From Candidatus Woesearchaeota archaeon (GTDB lineage: Archaea > Nanobdellota > Nanobdellia > Pacearchaeales > GW2011-AR1), in contig CAYZJM010000002.1 in assembly GCA_964479015.1 (NCBI GenBank), positions 1-34,491 of the forward strand: 34,491 nucleotides of DNA, written 5' to 3'. The notes below the pieces were generated by a model. It worked only from the letters and a program-made list of their open reading frames with translations, searched no databases and was not told the origin of the DNA. The position numbers were made by a program, and so were the translations under genes. This document shows, one piece after another, positions 8,883-17,005 of this stretch. Position 1 is the stretch's first letter. Every line of letters begins with the position of its first letter.

Positions 8883-9710
8883 ATGGGTAAAAAGAATAAA
8901 ATAAACAAAAGAGATAAAATAGGCAAGATGGACAAAGGGGAGATTATTAAAAAGATAACCCAAAAGAAAGAATTTTCTAAAATCCCTCAGGGAGATATTC
9001 AAAGAGTTTTAAATAAATTTTATAAAAAAGATTTATCTGGAGAAGAAATTGTAAAAAGCACGAGAGATTCGTTAAGAAAGATTTTTTCAGGATTTTCAGG
9101 AAGAAAGTTAATGGGGTGGAAAGAAAAATCTGCAGAAGATATTTTGAGAAAACATCTTTCAACAAGAGAGAGATATGATAATTATAAGGAGATATATGAA
9201 AGAATCTTAAAAGGATTGCCAGAGGAGCCAAATAAAAAATTAAGCATTATTGATTTGGGGGCAGGAGTGAATGGGATGAGTTATAATTTCTTTGAAAAGA
9301 TGGGCAAGGAGGTAGATTATCGTGCAGTAGAAGCTGTTGGTCAGTTTGTTGAAATGACTAATCAGTATTTTAAAAGAGAAGGTTTAAACGGGAAGGCGTT
9401 TCATATAAGTATTTTTGATTTGGAGGGTGTTAAAAAAGTTATAAAGAATACAAGAAAACCGAGAGTGCTTTTTTTGTTTAAAGTCGTTGATTCTATAGAG
9501 AAGGTTGAAAGGGATTATACAAAAAAGTTGTTAGATAAAATTGTTCCTTTTGTAGATAGAGTTATAATTAGTTTTGCAACAGAATCTTGGGTTAGAAGAA
9601 AAAAGTTTCACGTGCAAAGAAAATGGCTTACAGATTTTATAGATCAGAGATGGCAGTTTACCGATGATTTTAATATTAAAGGGGAAAGATATCTTGTTTT
9701 TGAAAAATAA
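8883..9710 (+). CDS. SAM-dependent methyltransferase resembling the ArmA/Rmt (FmrO-family) 16S rRNA m7G1405 methyltransferases
   Basis: From Met16 (ATG 8928) the protein reads MDKGEIIKKITQKKEF. It continues KHLSTRERYDNY, then LSIIDLGAGVNGMSY (the SAM motif I position), VLFLFKVVDSIEKVE, VIISFATESW and GERYLVFEK. These are collinear with my recollection of ArmA (MDKNDVVKKILESKKY, HSSTNER, ILDFGCGFNP, VVFLLKMLPVL, FVISFP, NELVYI). The true start could be 8883 or 8928. Confidence 0.55.
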   Translation: MGKKNKINKRDKIGKMDKGEIIKKITQKKEFSKIPQGDIQRVLNKFYKKDLSGEEIVKSTRDSLRKIFSGFSGRKLMGWKEKSAEDILRKHLSTRERYDNYKEIYERILKGLPEEPNKKLSIIDLGAGVNGMSYNFFEKMGKEVDYRAVEAVGQFVEMTNQYFKREGLNGKAFHISIFDLEGVKKVIKNTRKPRVLFLFKVVDSIEKVERDYTKKLLDKIVPFVDRVIISFATESWVRRKKFHVQRKWLTDFIDQRWQFTDDFNIKGERYLVFEK

Positions 9711-9806
9711 CTCTCTTTAACTATTTTTAGGATATTTTCTTAACTCTCTTTTAACATAAAGAAGTAGTATCATTAATTTTATATATGCTTATAATTTTTT
9801 CTAAAG

Positions 9807-11009
9807 ATGGTTAAGTTTTATAGAGAGGTTTTAGATAATGGTATGACAGTCCTATTTGAAAAAAGAGATATCCCAGTGGTTAGTGTTGCATTTGCTGTCC
9901 GGGGTGGAGGAATCAATGAGAAGAAAGAAGAGAAAGGGATCTCTCATTTTATAGAACATATGTTGTACAAAGGGACAGAAAAAAGAAATGCCCTCCAAGT
10001 GGCTAAAGAAATTGAAGAAAAAGGAGGAGTTTTAAACGGTTTTACAGATGAAGAAATTACTGCTTATTGGTGTAAGATGCCAAGCGAGTATCTTAAAACA
10101 GCAATGGAGGTATTAGGTGATTTGGTGAAAAATCCAAAATTTGATGAAAAAGAATTAGAAAAAGAAAGAAATGTAATTTTTGAAGAAATTAAAATGAGGA
10201 GGGATAACCCCTCTATCTATGTTTTGGATAAGATCACAAGTTATCTTTATGAAGAACCTTTAGGGATTTCTTTAATTGGAGATGAAAAAACATTAAAATC
10301 CATGGATAGAGAGGCGATTGTTAATAGATTTAATCAGATGTATTCTCCAAATAATCTTATTTTATGTGTTGTGGGAAATGCAAATTTTGAAGAGATATTG
10401 GATTTTTCTAAAAATAATTTTGGAAATAAAAAAGGAAAGATTCCGGAATTAGAAGTTAATAAACGAAATAACAATGGGGTAGAAAAGAGGAAGGGTCTTG
10501 ATCAAGCTAATCTTATATTTGCACACCATGTCCCTTTTGAAAAAGAGAAAGAGATTTATGCTGCAGAAATATTAAGCGAAATTATGGCTGGGGGGATGTC
10601 TTCAAGATTATTTCATGAAATAAGAGAAAAAAGAAATTTAGCATATTCCATCAAAGGGGCATCAGACATTAATAAGAATTTTGCATTCAATTTAATTTAT
10701 GCTGGGACTACTAAAAAGAATGTAGAAAAAGTAAAAAATCTTATTATTGAAGAATTCAAAAAAATAGAAAAAGATTTATCTGAAGAAGAATTAGAAAGCA
10801 TGAAAAAACAAATAATAGGGAACCATAAGATTTCAATGGAAGACTCTCAAAATCAGATGGATCACTTGTTGAGATACGAAATTTTAGGGGATGCTAAAAA
10901 GTTTTATGATTTTGAAGAGAATATGAAGAGTGTTAAGTTAGAAGATGTAAAAGAAATTGCAAGAAAAGCTATAAAAGACCACAGTTTTTTTGCATTACTC
11001 CCAGATTAG
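9807..11009 (+). CDS. M16-family (pitrilysin-like) zinc peptidase
   Basis: The inverted zincin motif HFIEHMLYKGT (HxxEH) lies near the N-terminus, in a two-lobed protein of about 400 aa. A ttttatatat TATA box (9777..9786) lies 26 nt upstream. Confidence 0.75.
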   Translation: MVKFYREVLDNGMTVLFEKRDIPVVSVAFAVRGGGINEKKEEKGISHFIEHMLYKGTEKRNALQVAKEIEEKGGVLNGFTDEEITAYWCKMPSEYLKTAMEVLGDLVKNPKFDEKELEKERNVIFEEIKMRRDNPSIYVLDKITSYLYEEPLGISLIGDEKTLKSMDREAIVNRFNQMYSPNNLILCVVGNANFEEILDFSKNNFGNKKGKIPELEVNKRNNNGVEKRKGLDQANLIFAHHVPFEKEKEIYAAEILSEIMAGGMSSRLFHEIREKRNLAYSIKGASDINKNFAFNLIYAGTTKKNVEKVKNLIIEEFKKIEKDLSEEELESMKKQIIGNHKISMEDSQNQMDHLLRYEILGDAKKFYDFEENMKSVKLEDVKEIARKAIKDHSFFALLPD

Positions 11010-11044
11010 AGAAAAGAGTTTTAAATAAATCTAAAGAAATTAAA

Positions 11045-11851
11045 ATGTTTGTAGTAAAAGTTCCGGGGTTGGATGGCGAAGGAAAAACAAAAGGTTGTGA
11101 AAAGGCGGGTATCGAAGTTTTAAAATCTTTGAAAGAATTATCATTCAATGAAGAAGGAGAAGAGATTGATACTAAAAAATTAGATTTGGAAGAGATTCAT
11201 CTTGATAATTCTAATCTTGAGTTAAGCAATCGGTTGATATACAAAAATGCATTCAATGCATTTGAAGAAAAACCAAAAACAATCTTTTTAGGGGGGGACC
11301 ATTCCATTACACATTCTTTAGTAAAATCTTTTTTTGATTATTGTGGGAAAGAACACAGAGACCCGTGTTTGATTGTTTTTGATTCAACTCCTAATTTAAA
11401 AAGTATGGATAAAGAAGGGTACCCTTCAAATCATTGTTGGTTGAGAAGTTTGATAGAATTAGGATTCCCCCCCAAAAATATTTTATTAGTAGGAATTAGA
11501 AATTTTAATCCTGAAGAAATTGAATTTATGCATGATAAAAAAATAAGAAATATTTCAATGAACCAGATATTAGAAGATATTTCAGATACTGCAGATATAA
11601 TAACAGAATTTTCAAGAGGGAGAGAGCTTTATGTTTCAATAGATTTTAGTTTCATTGATCCTGTTTTTGCCCCAGGAGTTTTAGATAGTAATGTTGGAGG
11701 CGTTAATTCAAGAGAATTCATTTATCTTATCCAGAGAGTGAATAAAATAAAAAACTTAAGAGCTATAGATTTAGTAGAGATTAACCCTGAAAAAGATAGT
11801 AGTGGAAAGAGTGTTAAGTTAGGTGCAAAAATTTTAGGGGAGTTGGTGTGA
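11045..11851 (+). CDS. Arginase/agmatinase-fold protein with an incomplete Mn-ligand set
   Basis: The family motifs appear in order: GGDHSIT, VFDSTPNL (the DAHxD position), SIDFSFIDP (the SxDxDxxDP position) and IDLVEINPEKD. Confidence 0.65.
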   Translation: MFVVKVPGLDGEGKTKGCEKAGIEVLKSLKELSFNEEGEEIDTKKLDLEEIHLDNSNLELSNRLIYKNAFNAFEEKPKTIFLGGDHSITHSLVKSFFDYCGKEHRDPCLIVFDSTPNLKSMDKEGYPSNHCWLRSLIELGFPPKNILLVGIRNFNPEEIEFMHDKKIRNISMNQILEDISDTADIITEFSRGRELYVSIDFSFIDPVFAPGVLDSNVGGVNSREFIYLIQRVNKIKNLRAIDLVEINPEKDSSGKSVKLGAKILGELV

Positions 11852-11857
11852 GGATAA

Positions 11858-12424
11858 ATGGAAAAGATTAGGGCATTTGTTTCTATAGATATCCCTCAAG
11901 AAGTTAAAAAAGAGATATTTAAAATTCAAGAAAAAATTCCTTTTTTTAAAGGAAAGTTCACAAAGATAGAAAATTTACATCTAACACTAAAATTTCTTGG
12001 AGAGTTAGAGGAAAGAAAAATAGAAGAAATTAAAGAAAAATTAAGGGAAATTGATTTTAAGAAATTTAAAATAAAAACGGATTTTATAGGGTTGTTTGAT
12101 AATAGAAAATCAAAAAGTCATGAGAGAAAGTATCAAGGAGGGCTTATCATCTGGTTGCATCTAATCAATTGCGAGAAGTTACAAAAATTGGTTGATGAAA
12201 AGCTTTCAGGGTTGGGTTTCCAAAAAGAGAAAAGGTTTATGAGTCATCTAACAATCGCAAGAGCAAAGGAGATTTTTGAGAAAAAAGAGGATTTCTTAAA
12301 TGAAATACAAAAGATAGAAATTCCTGAGATGAGCTTTGAAGCTAATGAGTTTAAATTGAAAAGTTCAACTTTAACCGAAAACGGCTCTGTTTATGAAACT
12401 CTTGAAACTTTTTATTTGAATTAA
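11858..12424 (+). CDS. 2H phosphoesterase (LigT-like RNA 2',3'-cyclic phosphodiesterase / 2'-5' RNA ligase)
   Basis: The two H-x-T-x motifs, HLTLKFLG and HLTIARAK, are spaced as in LigT. The protein is 188 aa. The sequence tgagga lies just upstream of the ATG. Confidence 0.75.
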   Translation: MEKIRAFVSIDIPQEVKKEIFKIQEKIPFFKGKFTKIENLHLTLKFLGELEERKIEEIKEKLREIDFKKFKIKTDFIGLFDNRKSKSHERKYQGGLIIWLHLINCEKLQKLVDEKLSGLGFQKEKRFMSHLTIARAKEIFEKKEDFLNEIQKIEIPEMSFEANEFKLKSSTLTENGSVYETLETFYLN

Positions 12425-12439
12425 ATTTAAACATAAAAT

Positions 12440-13186
12440 TTAGATATAATTTTCTCCAACAATTGAAAAAATCTCTGCTTTTTTTCCAATAATTTCTTTT
12501 AATTTCTCTTTAGGGGTAGTTATTATTTTCTTGATTGATCCAAAATTGTTTAACAGTTTTTTTGCAGTTTTAGGGCCTATCCCAGGGAAACCTTCAATAA
12601 TAAACTGCATTTGTTCTTTTTTGTTTAACGATTTCTTTTTGGCATTGAGTGAATTTTCTTTAGGGTCTTGTTTTAATAAAACAGCCATAAAATTTGCAGT
12701 GTCTTCTGCATCTTTTGTGAATATTATTGGAACTTTGTAATTTAGTATTGTAGACAATAGAAAACCCCTGATTGAATTTGGATGCATTTTGGGCTTATTT
12801 ATTTTTAAAGAAGAATCTTCAAATGAATTCTCAAATGGATTTTCAAACGAATTTGTTGAGTATAACTCTTGTTCATCTATGCCCTCTATTAAAAGTAATC
12901 TTTTTTCATATTGTTGCAATCCTACTAATTGTCTTTGAAGCCTTTTGTTTATCATAGAATTTATAAAATCTGAAACTGTTTTTCTTTCAATTGCGGTGTT
13001 GTTTAAGATATAATCTGCAACATCAAGATTTTTTATCTCTGTTTTTAATCCTAAGTTTATTAATTCAGAATATACAAGAGAGTTTTTCTCCCTATAATCT
13101 ATTAGGATCTTTGGATCAGAGTGTTTTTTCTTTTCTTTTCTCTCCTCTTTTTCATCTTTTTTTAAAACTGGTATCGTTGGTTTCAT
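12440..13186 (-). CDS. XPF/ERCC4-type structure-specific nuclease with a C-terminal (HhH)2 domain (the nuclease half of Hef)
   Basis: ERCC4 core: ILIDYREKN ... DVADYIL ... AIERKTVSDF. HhH: GFPGIGPKTAKKLLNNFGSIKKI. It starts 11 nt after the stop of the Hef-type helicase on the same strand. Confidence 0.8.
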   Translation of the reverse strand: MKPTIPVLKKDEKEERKEKKKHSDPKILIDYREKNSLVYSELINLGLKTEIKNLDVADYILNNTAIERKTVSDFINSMINKRLQRQLVGLQQYEKRLLLIEGIDEQELYSTNSFENPFENSFEDSSLKINKPKMHPNSIRGFLLSTILNYKVPIIFTKDAEDTANFMAVLLKQDPKENSLNAKKKSLNKKEQMQFIIEGFPGIGPKTAKKLLNNFGSIKKIITTPKEKLKEIIGKKAEIFSIVGENYI

Positions 13187-13197
13187 ATCTTTTATTT

Positions 13198-14760
13198 TTA
13201 AAATTTATCTAATCTTTTTTGAGAATATAATCCCCCATTTTGAGATAATTCTTTTTTTATGGAATCTATCGCCCCAGACATACTTTTTTCTCTTCTTCTT
13301 GAAATATAATAAGAAGTTTCATCTTTTGTATTTTTTGTTATCAAAATAATTAACTTTCCTTCCTTTAATCTTGCAGTCCTTCCTGTTCTTTGTATGGCTC
13401 TTATTGCTGAAGGAACTGGTTCGTAGAAGAGGACTGCATTTACTTCAGGGATATCGAGTCCTTCTTCTCCTATTGAGGTTGCACAAAGGACGTTTATTTC
13501 CCCCTCCGAGAATTTTTCTATTGTTCTTCTTTGTTCTTTTTGACTCAGCCCCATTTCATTTTTCTTTAACTGCCCTACAAAAACACTTGCATTTATTCCT
13601 TCCAGTGTATTAAGTTTTTTAACAATTATTTTTGCTGTTTCCCTAAATTGTGTAAAAACAATAATCTTTGTATTAACATTATCCTGATTTTTTTCTTTTT
13701 CTCTAAAAACAATCTCAGAAACTTTATCTACTTTAGGGTGCTCTATCTTGTTGCTTATTAATTCTTCTGACTTTTTGAAGATTATATTAAAATGGGGTTT
13801 TTTTACTAATTGTTGAATCCCTTTACTCTTTGAATCTGAGGCTTGTTTAAATAAATCCTTAAGATAATTATGAAACCCAATTATTGTTTGAGTTTCAAGA
13901 AGTTCAAGTGCATGTTGTAATTTTAATGCATTTGCACACACAGATAAACCTCTAAGAACATTAAAGTTTTTTTTACCTCTTGAAATCTGAGAACCCATGC
14001 TTTTTTGAAGTTTGATAAGATTTATTTTGGTAGGAGGATCAAAAAGGAGATTTCTTGATTTTAATTCAGAGATGTAATCATTAAGAACTTTTTTTAATAA
14101 TTGTCTTATTTCTTCAAATTCAGGGGGAAGGTCAAGAGTTACTTTCTCAAATTTTAATTCTTGTATGTTTTTTTTCACATCTTCACTTTCTCTTGTTCTT
14201 AATTCTACTTCTTCGATTGAAAGATTTTTGCATATCTCTCTTATTTTTTTGGTATCATTCCCTGGGGAAGCAGTTAATCCAATAATCCTTCTGTTTTTTG
14301 ATTGTTTTCCATATTGTTGTACAATATAATTATAATCATAATTTTTTATACATCTATGAGCTTCATCTTCTATCAATAAACTGACTTCTTCCAAATTATA
14401 GAGGTTGTTTTTTATGTCGTTAGCGATGCATTGAGGGGTTGAAAAGATAATATCTGCACTATCCCATATTTTTGTTCTCTTTTTTGAATTAATCGCTCCG
14501 GTGAATAATTGTATATCTGCAAATAGTTCTGGAAGATGTTTTTTAAAGAAATTGAGATGTTGTTCTGCAAGGGGTTTTGTTGGAGCCAAGATAAGGTTTT
14601 TGCTTCCAGGAAATTTCTGTAATCTTTCTATAGAAAGCATTAGAGCAATCATCGTTTTTCCTAAACCCGTGGGTAAAACCACAAGGCAATTCTTTTTTTT
14701 GCATGTTTCAAATATATCTTTCTGATAGTTTCTGGGCTCAATCCCTTTTAGAAATTCCAT
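13198..14760 (-). CDS. hef: Hef/FANCM-type superfamily 2 helicase (helicase half only)
   Basis: Walker A is VLPTGLGKT, the DEAH box is IEDEAHR and motif VI is QRTGRTAR. The N-terminal PRNYQ and an inserted helical domain fit the Hef family. Confidence 0.8.
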   Translation of the reverse strand: MEFLKGIEPRNYQKDIFETCKKKNCLVVLPTGLGKTMIALMLSIERLQKFPGSKNLILAPTKPLAEQHLNFFKKHLPELFADIQLFTGAINSKKRTKIWDSADIIFSTPQCIANDIKNNLYNLEEVSLLIEDEAHRCIKNYDYNYIVQQYGKQSKNRRIIGLTASPGNDTKKIREICKNLSIEEVELRTRESEDVKKNIQELKFEKVTLDLPPEFEEIRQLLKKVLNDYISELKSRNLLFDPPTKINLIKLQKSMGSQISRGKKNFNVLRGLSVCANALKLQHALELLETQTIIGFHNYLKDLFKQASDSKSKGIQQLVKKPHFNIIFKKSEELISNKIEHPKVDKVSEIVFREKEKNQDNVNTKIIVFTQFRETAKIIVKKLNTLEGINASVFVGQLKKNEMGLSQKEQRRTIEKFSEGEINVLCATSIGEEGLDIPEVNAVLFYEPVPSAIRAIQRTGRTARLKEGKLIILITKNTKDETSYYISRRREKSMSGAIDSIKKELSQNGGLYSQKRLDKF

Positions 14761-14785
14761 TTTTAATTTAAAATTTAGTACTCTT

Positions 14786-15415
14786 TTAAAATGTGAGTAT
14801 TATTAACATCAGACCTATGAAGATTATTGAAGCAAGGAAACTCCAAAGGGTATTATTTCCAAAGAAGATTTTGTTTCCATCAAGGTTTGAAATGGGGAGA
14901 ATATTGAAAAGCGCATAATAAAGATTTATTCTTGCAAATTCTGGGAATTCTATGAAGTACCCTAGTATTGCAAATAAGATATTCATCGCAATCCCTGAAG
15001 CAGCAATTAATCCAATGTGGTCTTCAGTCATCTCAGAGAATGTATAAAGCCCATGTTTTCTTGCTGCTCTATAAACAGAAGGTTTTACTTCAAATACAAG
15101 AGAAGCCATCCATACAAAATTTTGTATTGGAAATAGAAGGATTTTTGAGATTAATGGTAAAAATGTTCCAGCAACAAATGGTTTTTTAAAATGTTCATTT
15201 GGACTTAATCCGTATCTTTGAAATTCCCAAAGCCCAATGTTTATTTCAGATTCTAAATAAAAACTAGTGACCTTTTTTGCTAAGATATTTAATAATACTA
15301 CTATTGAGATGATTAGGAGTATCTTAAAAAAATTATGAAGATTGTTCAGCGATATTGAGAGCGCTATTATAAACACTGCAATTATAATGGATATAATCTC
15401 TTTTTTGTTAAACAT
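14786..15415 (-). CDS. Polytopic membrane protein, site-2-protease (M50)-like but lacking HExxH
   Basis: A C-terminal NILPISNLDGNKIF matches the M50 NxxPxxxLDG motif. The position where HExxH is expected reads VVLLNILAKKV. Confidence 0.45.
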   Translation of the reverse strand: MFNKKEIISIIIAVFIIALSISLNNLHNFFKILLIISIVVLLNILAKKVTSFYLESEINIGLWEFQRYGLSPNEHFKKPFVAGTFLPLISKILLFPIQNFVWMASLVFEVKPSVYRAARKHGLYTFSEMTEDHIGLIAASGIAMNILFAILGYFIEFPEFARINLYYALFNILPISNLDGNKIFFGNNTLWSFLASIIFIGLMLIILTF

Positions 15416-15573
15416 TTTTTAATGGTGCTTTTTAGAGTTATAAGTTTTTATATTTATCTTCTTTAAGATTCTATTAAGAATGATGTTTCTTTTTTTTAGG
15501 GTCAATTTAACTAAAAATGAAATATAAGTTAAATAACGGAAAAGTATTTAAATGATTTTACTTAAAACAGAGT

Positions 15574-15852
15574 ATGAGAATAAAGAAAATAACAGAGATT
15601 ATTGGTTCTAGGGTGTACACAGATAATGGGGATTATTTTGGAGAGATAGAAGAATCAAATCTTCATGAAAATAAAATTTCTGGATGGAAAATTAGAGTAG
15701 GAGGAAGTATTGCTTCTTTGATTGGGGGCGCGAGAGGAGTGATAATTCCCCATCAATTTGTTAAAGCAATAAGTGATATAGTTATAATAAACTCTTCTGC
15801 CTTGCCAAAAACCGATCAAGGATCTGAGGGACCTTCTGAAGAGTTAATGTGA
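15574..15852 (+). CDS. PRC-barrel domain protein
   Basis: The 92-aa protein has GSRVYTDNGDYFGEIEESNL...ISGWKIRVGG...GVIIPHQFVKAISDIVIIN, which is typical of small archaeal PRC-barrel proteins. A tatttaaat TATA box (15545..15553) lies 25 nt upstream. Confidence 0.6.
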   Translation: MRIKKITEIIGSRVYTDNGDYFGEIEESNLHENKISGWKIRVGGSIASLIGGARGVIIPHQFVKAISDIVIINSSALPKTDQGSEGPSEELM

Positions 15853-15858
15853 TTTAAA

Positions 15859-16362
15859 ATGGCTGAAGAAGAAATTTTTTTACAGCACTGGATATTTACG
15901 AGATTTGCCCTACCTTTTTTGTTAGTTTTTGCGATAACTTATGCTGTTTTAGAGAAAACGAAAGTTTTAGGAGAAAACAAACAAGTTAATGCTCTTGTGT
16001 CTTTTGTTATTGGACTTATTCTTATAAGTGTTGTATACCCTCAAATTGTGATAACTAATTTAATATTATTTTTAAGCGTTGCACTGATAGTAGTGTTTGT
16101 TGTTTTGTTGATTTGGGGATTTATTTCAGGAGGAGAGGTAAAATTACCAGAAAGTAAAGGGTTAAAAATCCTTATCGGGGTTGTTCTTATCATATCTGTA
16201 GGAATTGCACTTCTTTGGGCAACAGGCGCTCAAGAATCAACCACTAATTTTTTATTTTTTGAGGAGTGGAGTAGTCAATTATGGACTAATCTTTCTTTTG
16301 TGGTTCTTATCGCGATTGCTCTTGCATTAGTTCTAAAGGGATCTAAAGACGGGAAGAGTTAA
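15859..16362 (+). CDS. Multi-pass membrane protein, unknown family (paralogue of 16418..16993)
   Basis: It has four to five hydrophobic helices. PFLLVFAITYAVLEKTKVLGENKQVNALVSFVIGL aligns with PFLLIFSLVFGILTQLKIFKENKSINAIIALAVGL of the next gene. Confidence 0.6.
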   Translation: MAEEEIFLQHWIFTRFALPFLLVFAITYAVLEKTKVLGENKQVNALVSFVIGLILISVVYPQIVITNLILFLSVALIVVFVVLLIWGFISGGEVKLPESKGLKILIGVVLIISVGIALLWATGAQESTTNFLFFEEWSSQLWTNLSFVVLIAIALALVLKGSKDGKS

Positions 16363-16417
16363 GAAGTGGCTAGTTATTTTAGAAACATATTTAAATATCT
16401 CTCTCTAAATTACATTT

Positions 16418-16993
16418 ATGATTAAAGAGGCATTACTTTTACAGTCCGCTTCCCTTTATGGGTCGGGGGGTTTTGGGAATATTTTAGATGCTTGGGCAAA
16501 AGCAGGTGTTTTTGATTATATGATTCCTTTTCTTTTAATATTTTCACTTGTGTTTGGGATATTAACCCAGTTGAAGATTTTTAAGGAAAACAAGTCTATT
16601 AATGCAATTATTGCATTAGCTGTAGGGCTAATGTCTTTACAGTTTGGTTTTGTTTCTGCATTTTTTTCAGAAATTTTTCCAAGGCTGGGTGTAGGATTGG
16701 TCATTCTTTTAGTTCTTATGATCTTATTTGGGTTGTTTGCCCCTAGTAAAACATGGGTGACTTATACCTTTGTAATAGTTTCGCTGATTGTCTTTGTTGT
16801 TGTTTTAGCTAATAGTGCTGATTCAGTTCAATGGATGTCTACAGGGGTTTTAGCAGAGATAAATTGGGATGTTTATCTTCCATGGATAGTTCTTGGGATT
16901 ATGATTGCAATAGTTATTGGAGCATCAAAATCAAAGTCTCAAACGCAAGATGCAAGCTCAAAGTTTATGAAAGCGCTTGCAGAAAGTAGTTAA
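16418..16993 (+). CDS. Multi-pass membrane protein, unknown family (paralogue of 15859..16362)
   Basis: See the paralogue alignment above. It has its own agaaacatatttaaata BRE/TATA (16381..16397) 26 nt upstream of the ATG. Confidence 0.6.
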   Translation: MIKEALLLQSASLYGSGGFGNILDAWAKAGVFDYMIPFLLIFSLVFGILTQLKIFKENKSINAIIALAVGLMSLQFGFVSAFFSEIFPRLGVGLVILLVLMILFGLFAPSKTWVTYTFVIVSLIVFVVVLANSADSVQWMSTGVLAEINWDVYLPWIVLGIMIAIVIGASKSKSQTQDASSKFMKALAESS

Positions 16994-17005
16994 AATTCAA
17001 GCTGA

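Noticed and set aside
8977-9231. Minus-strand ORF 8977..9231
   Set aside because: It is antisense to the methyltransferase gene, with no motifs and no promoter.
12531-15189. ORFs 12531..12740, 12772..12957, 12991..13212, 13371..13613, 14501..14725 and 14968..15189 (all +)
   Set aside because: They are antisense shadows of the XPF nuclease, the Hef helicase and the S2P-like genes, all of which carry clear family motifs on the minus strand.
15478-15545. A possible C/D-box sRNA (aatgatgt resembles a C box) in the 15416..15573 spacer
   Set aside because: The C box is imperfect (UGAUGU). No CUGA D box or terminal stem is present at a suitable distance.
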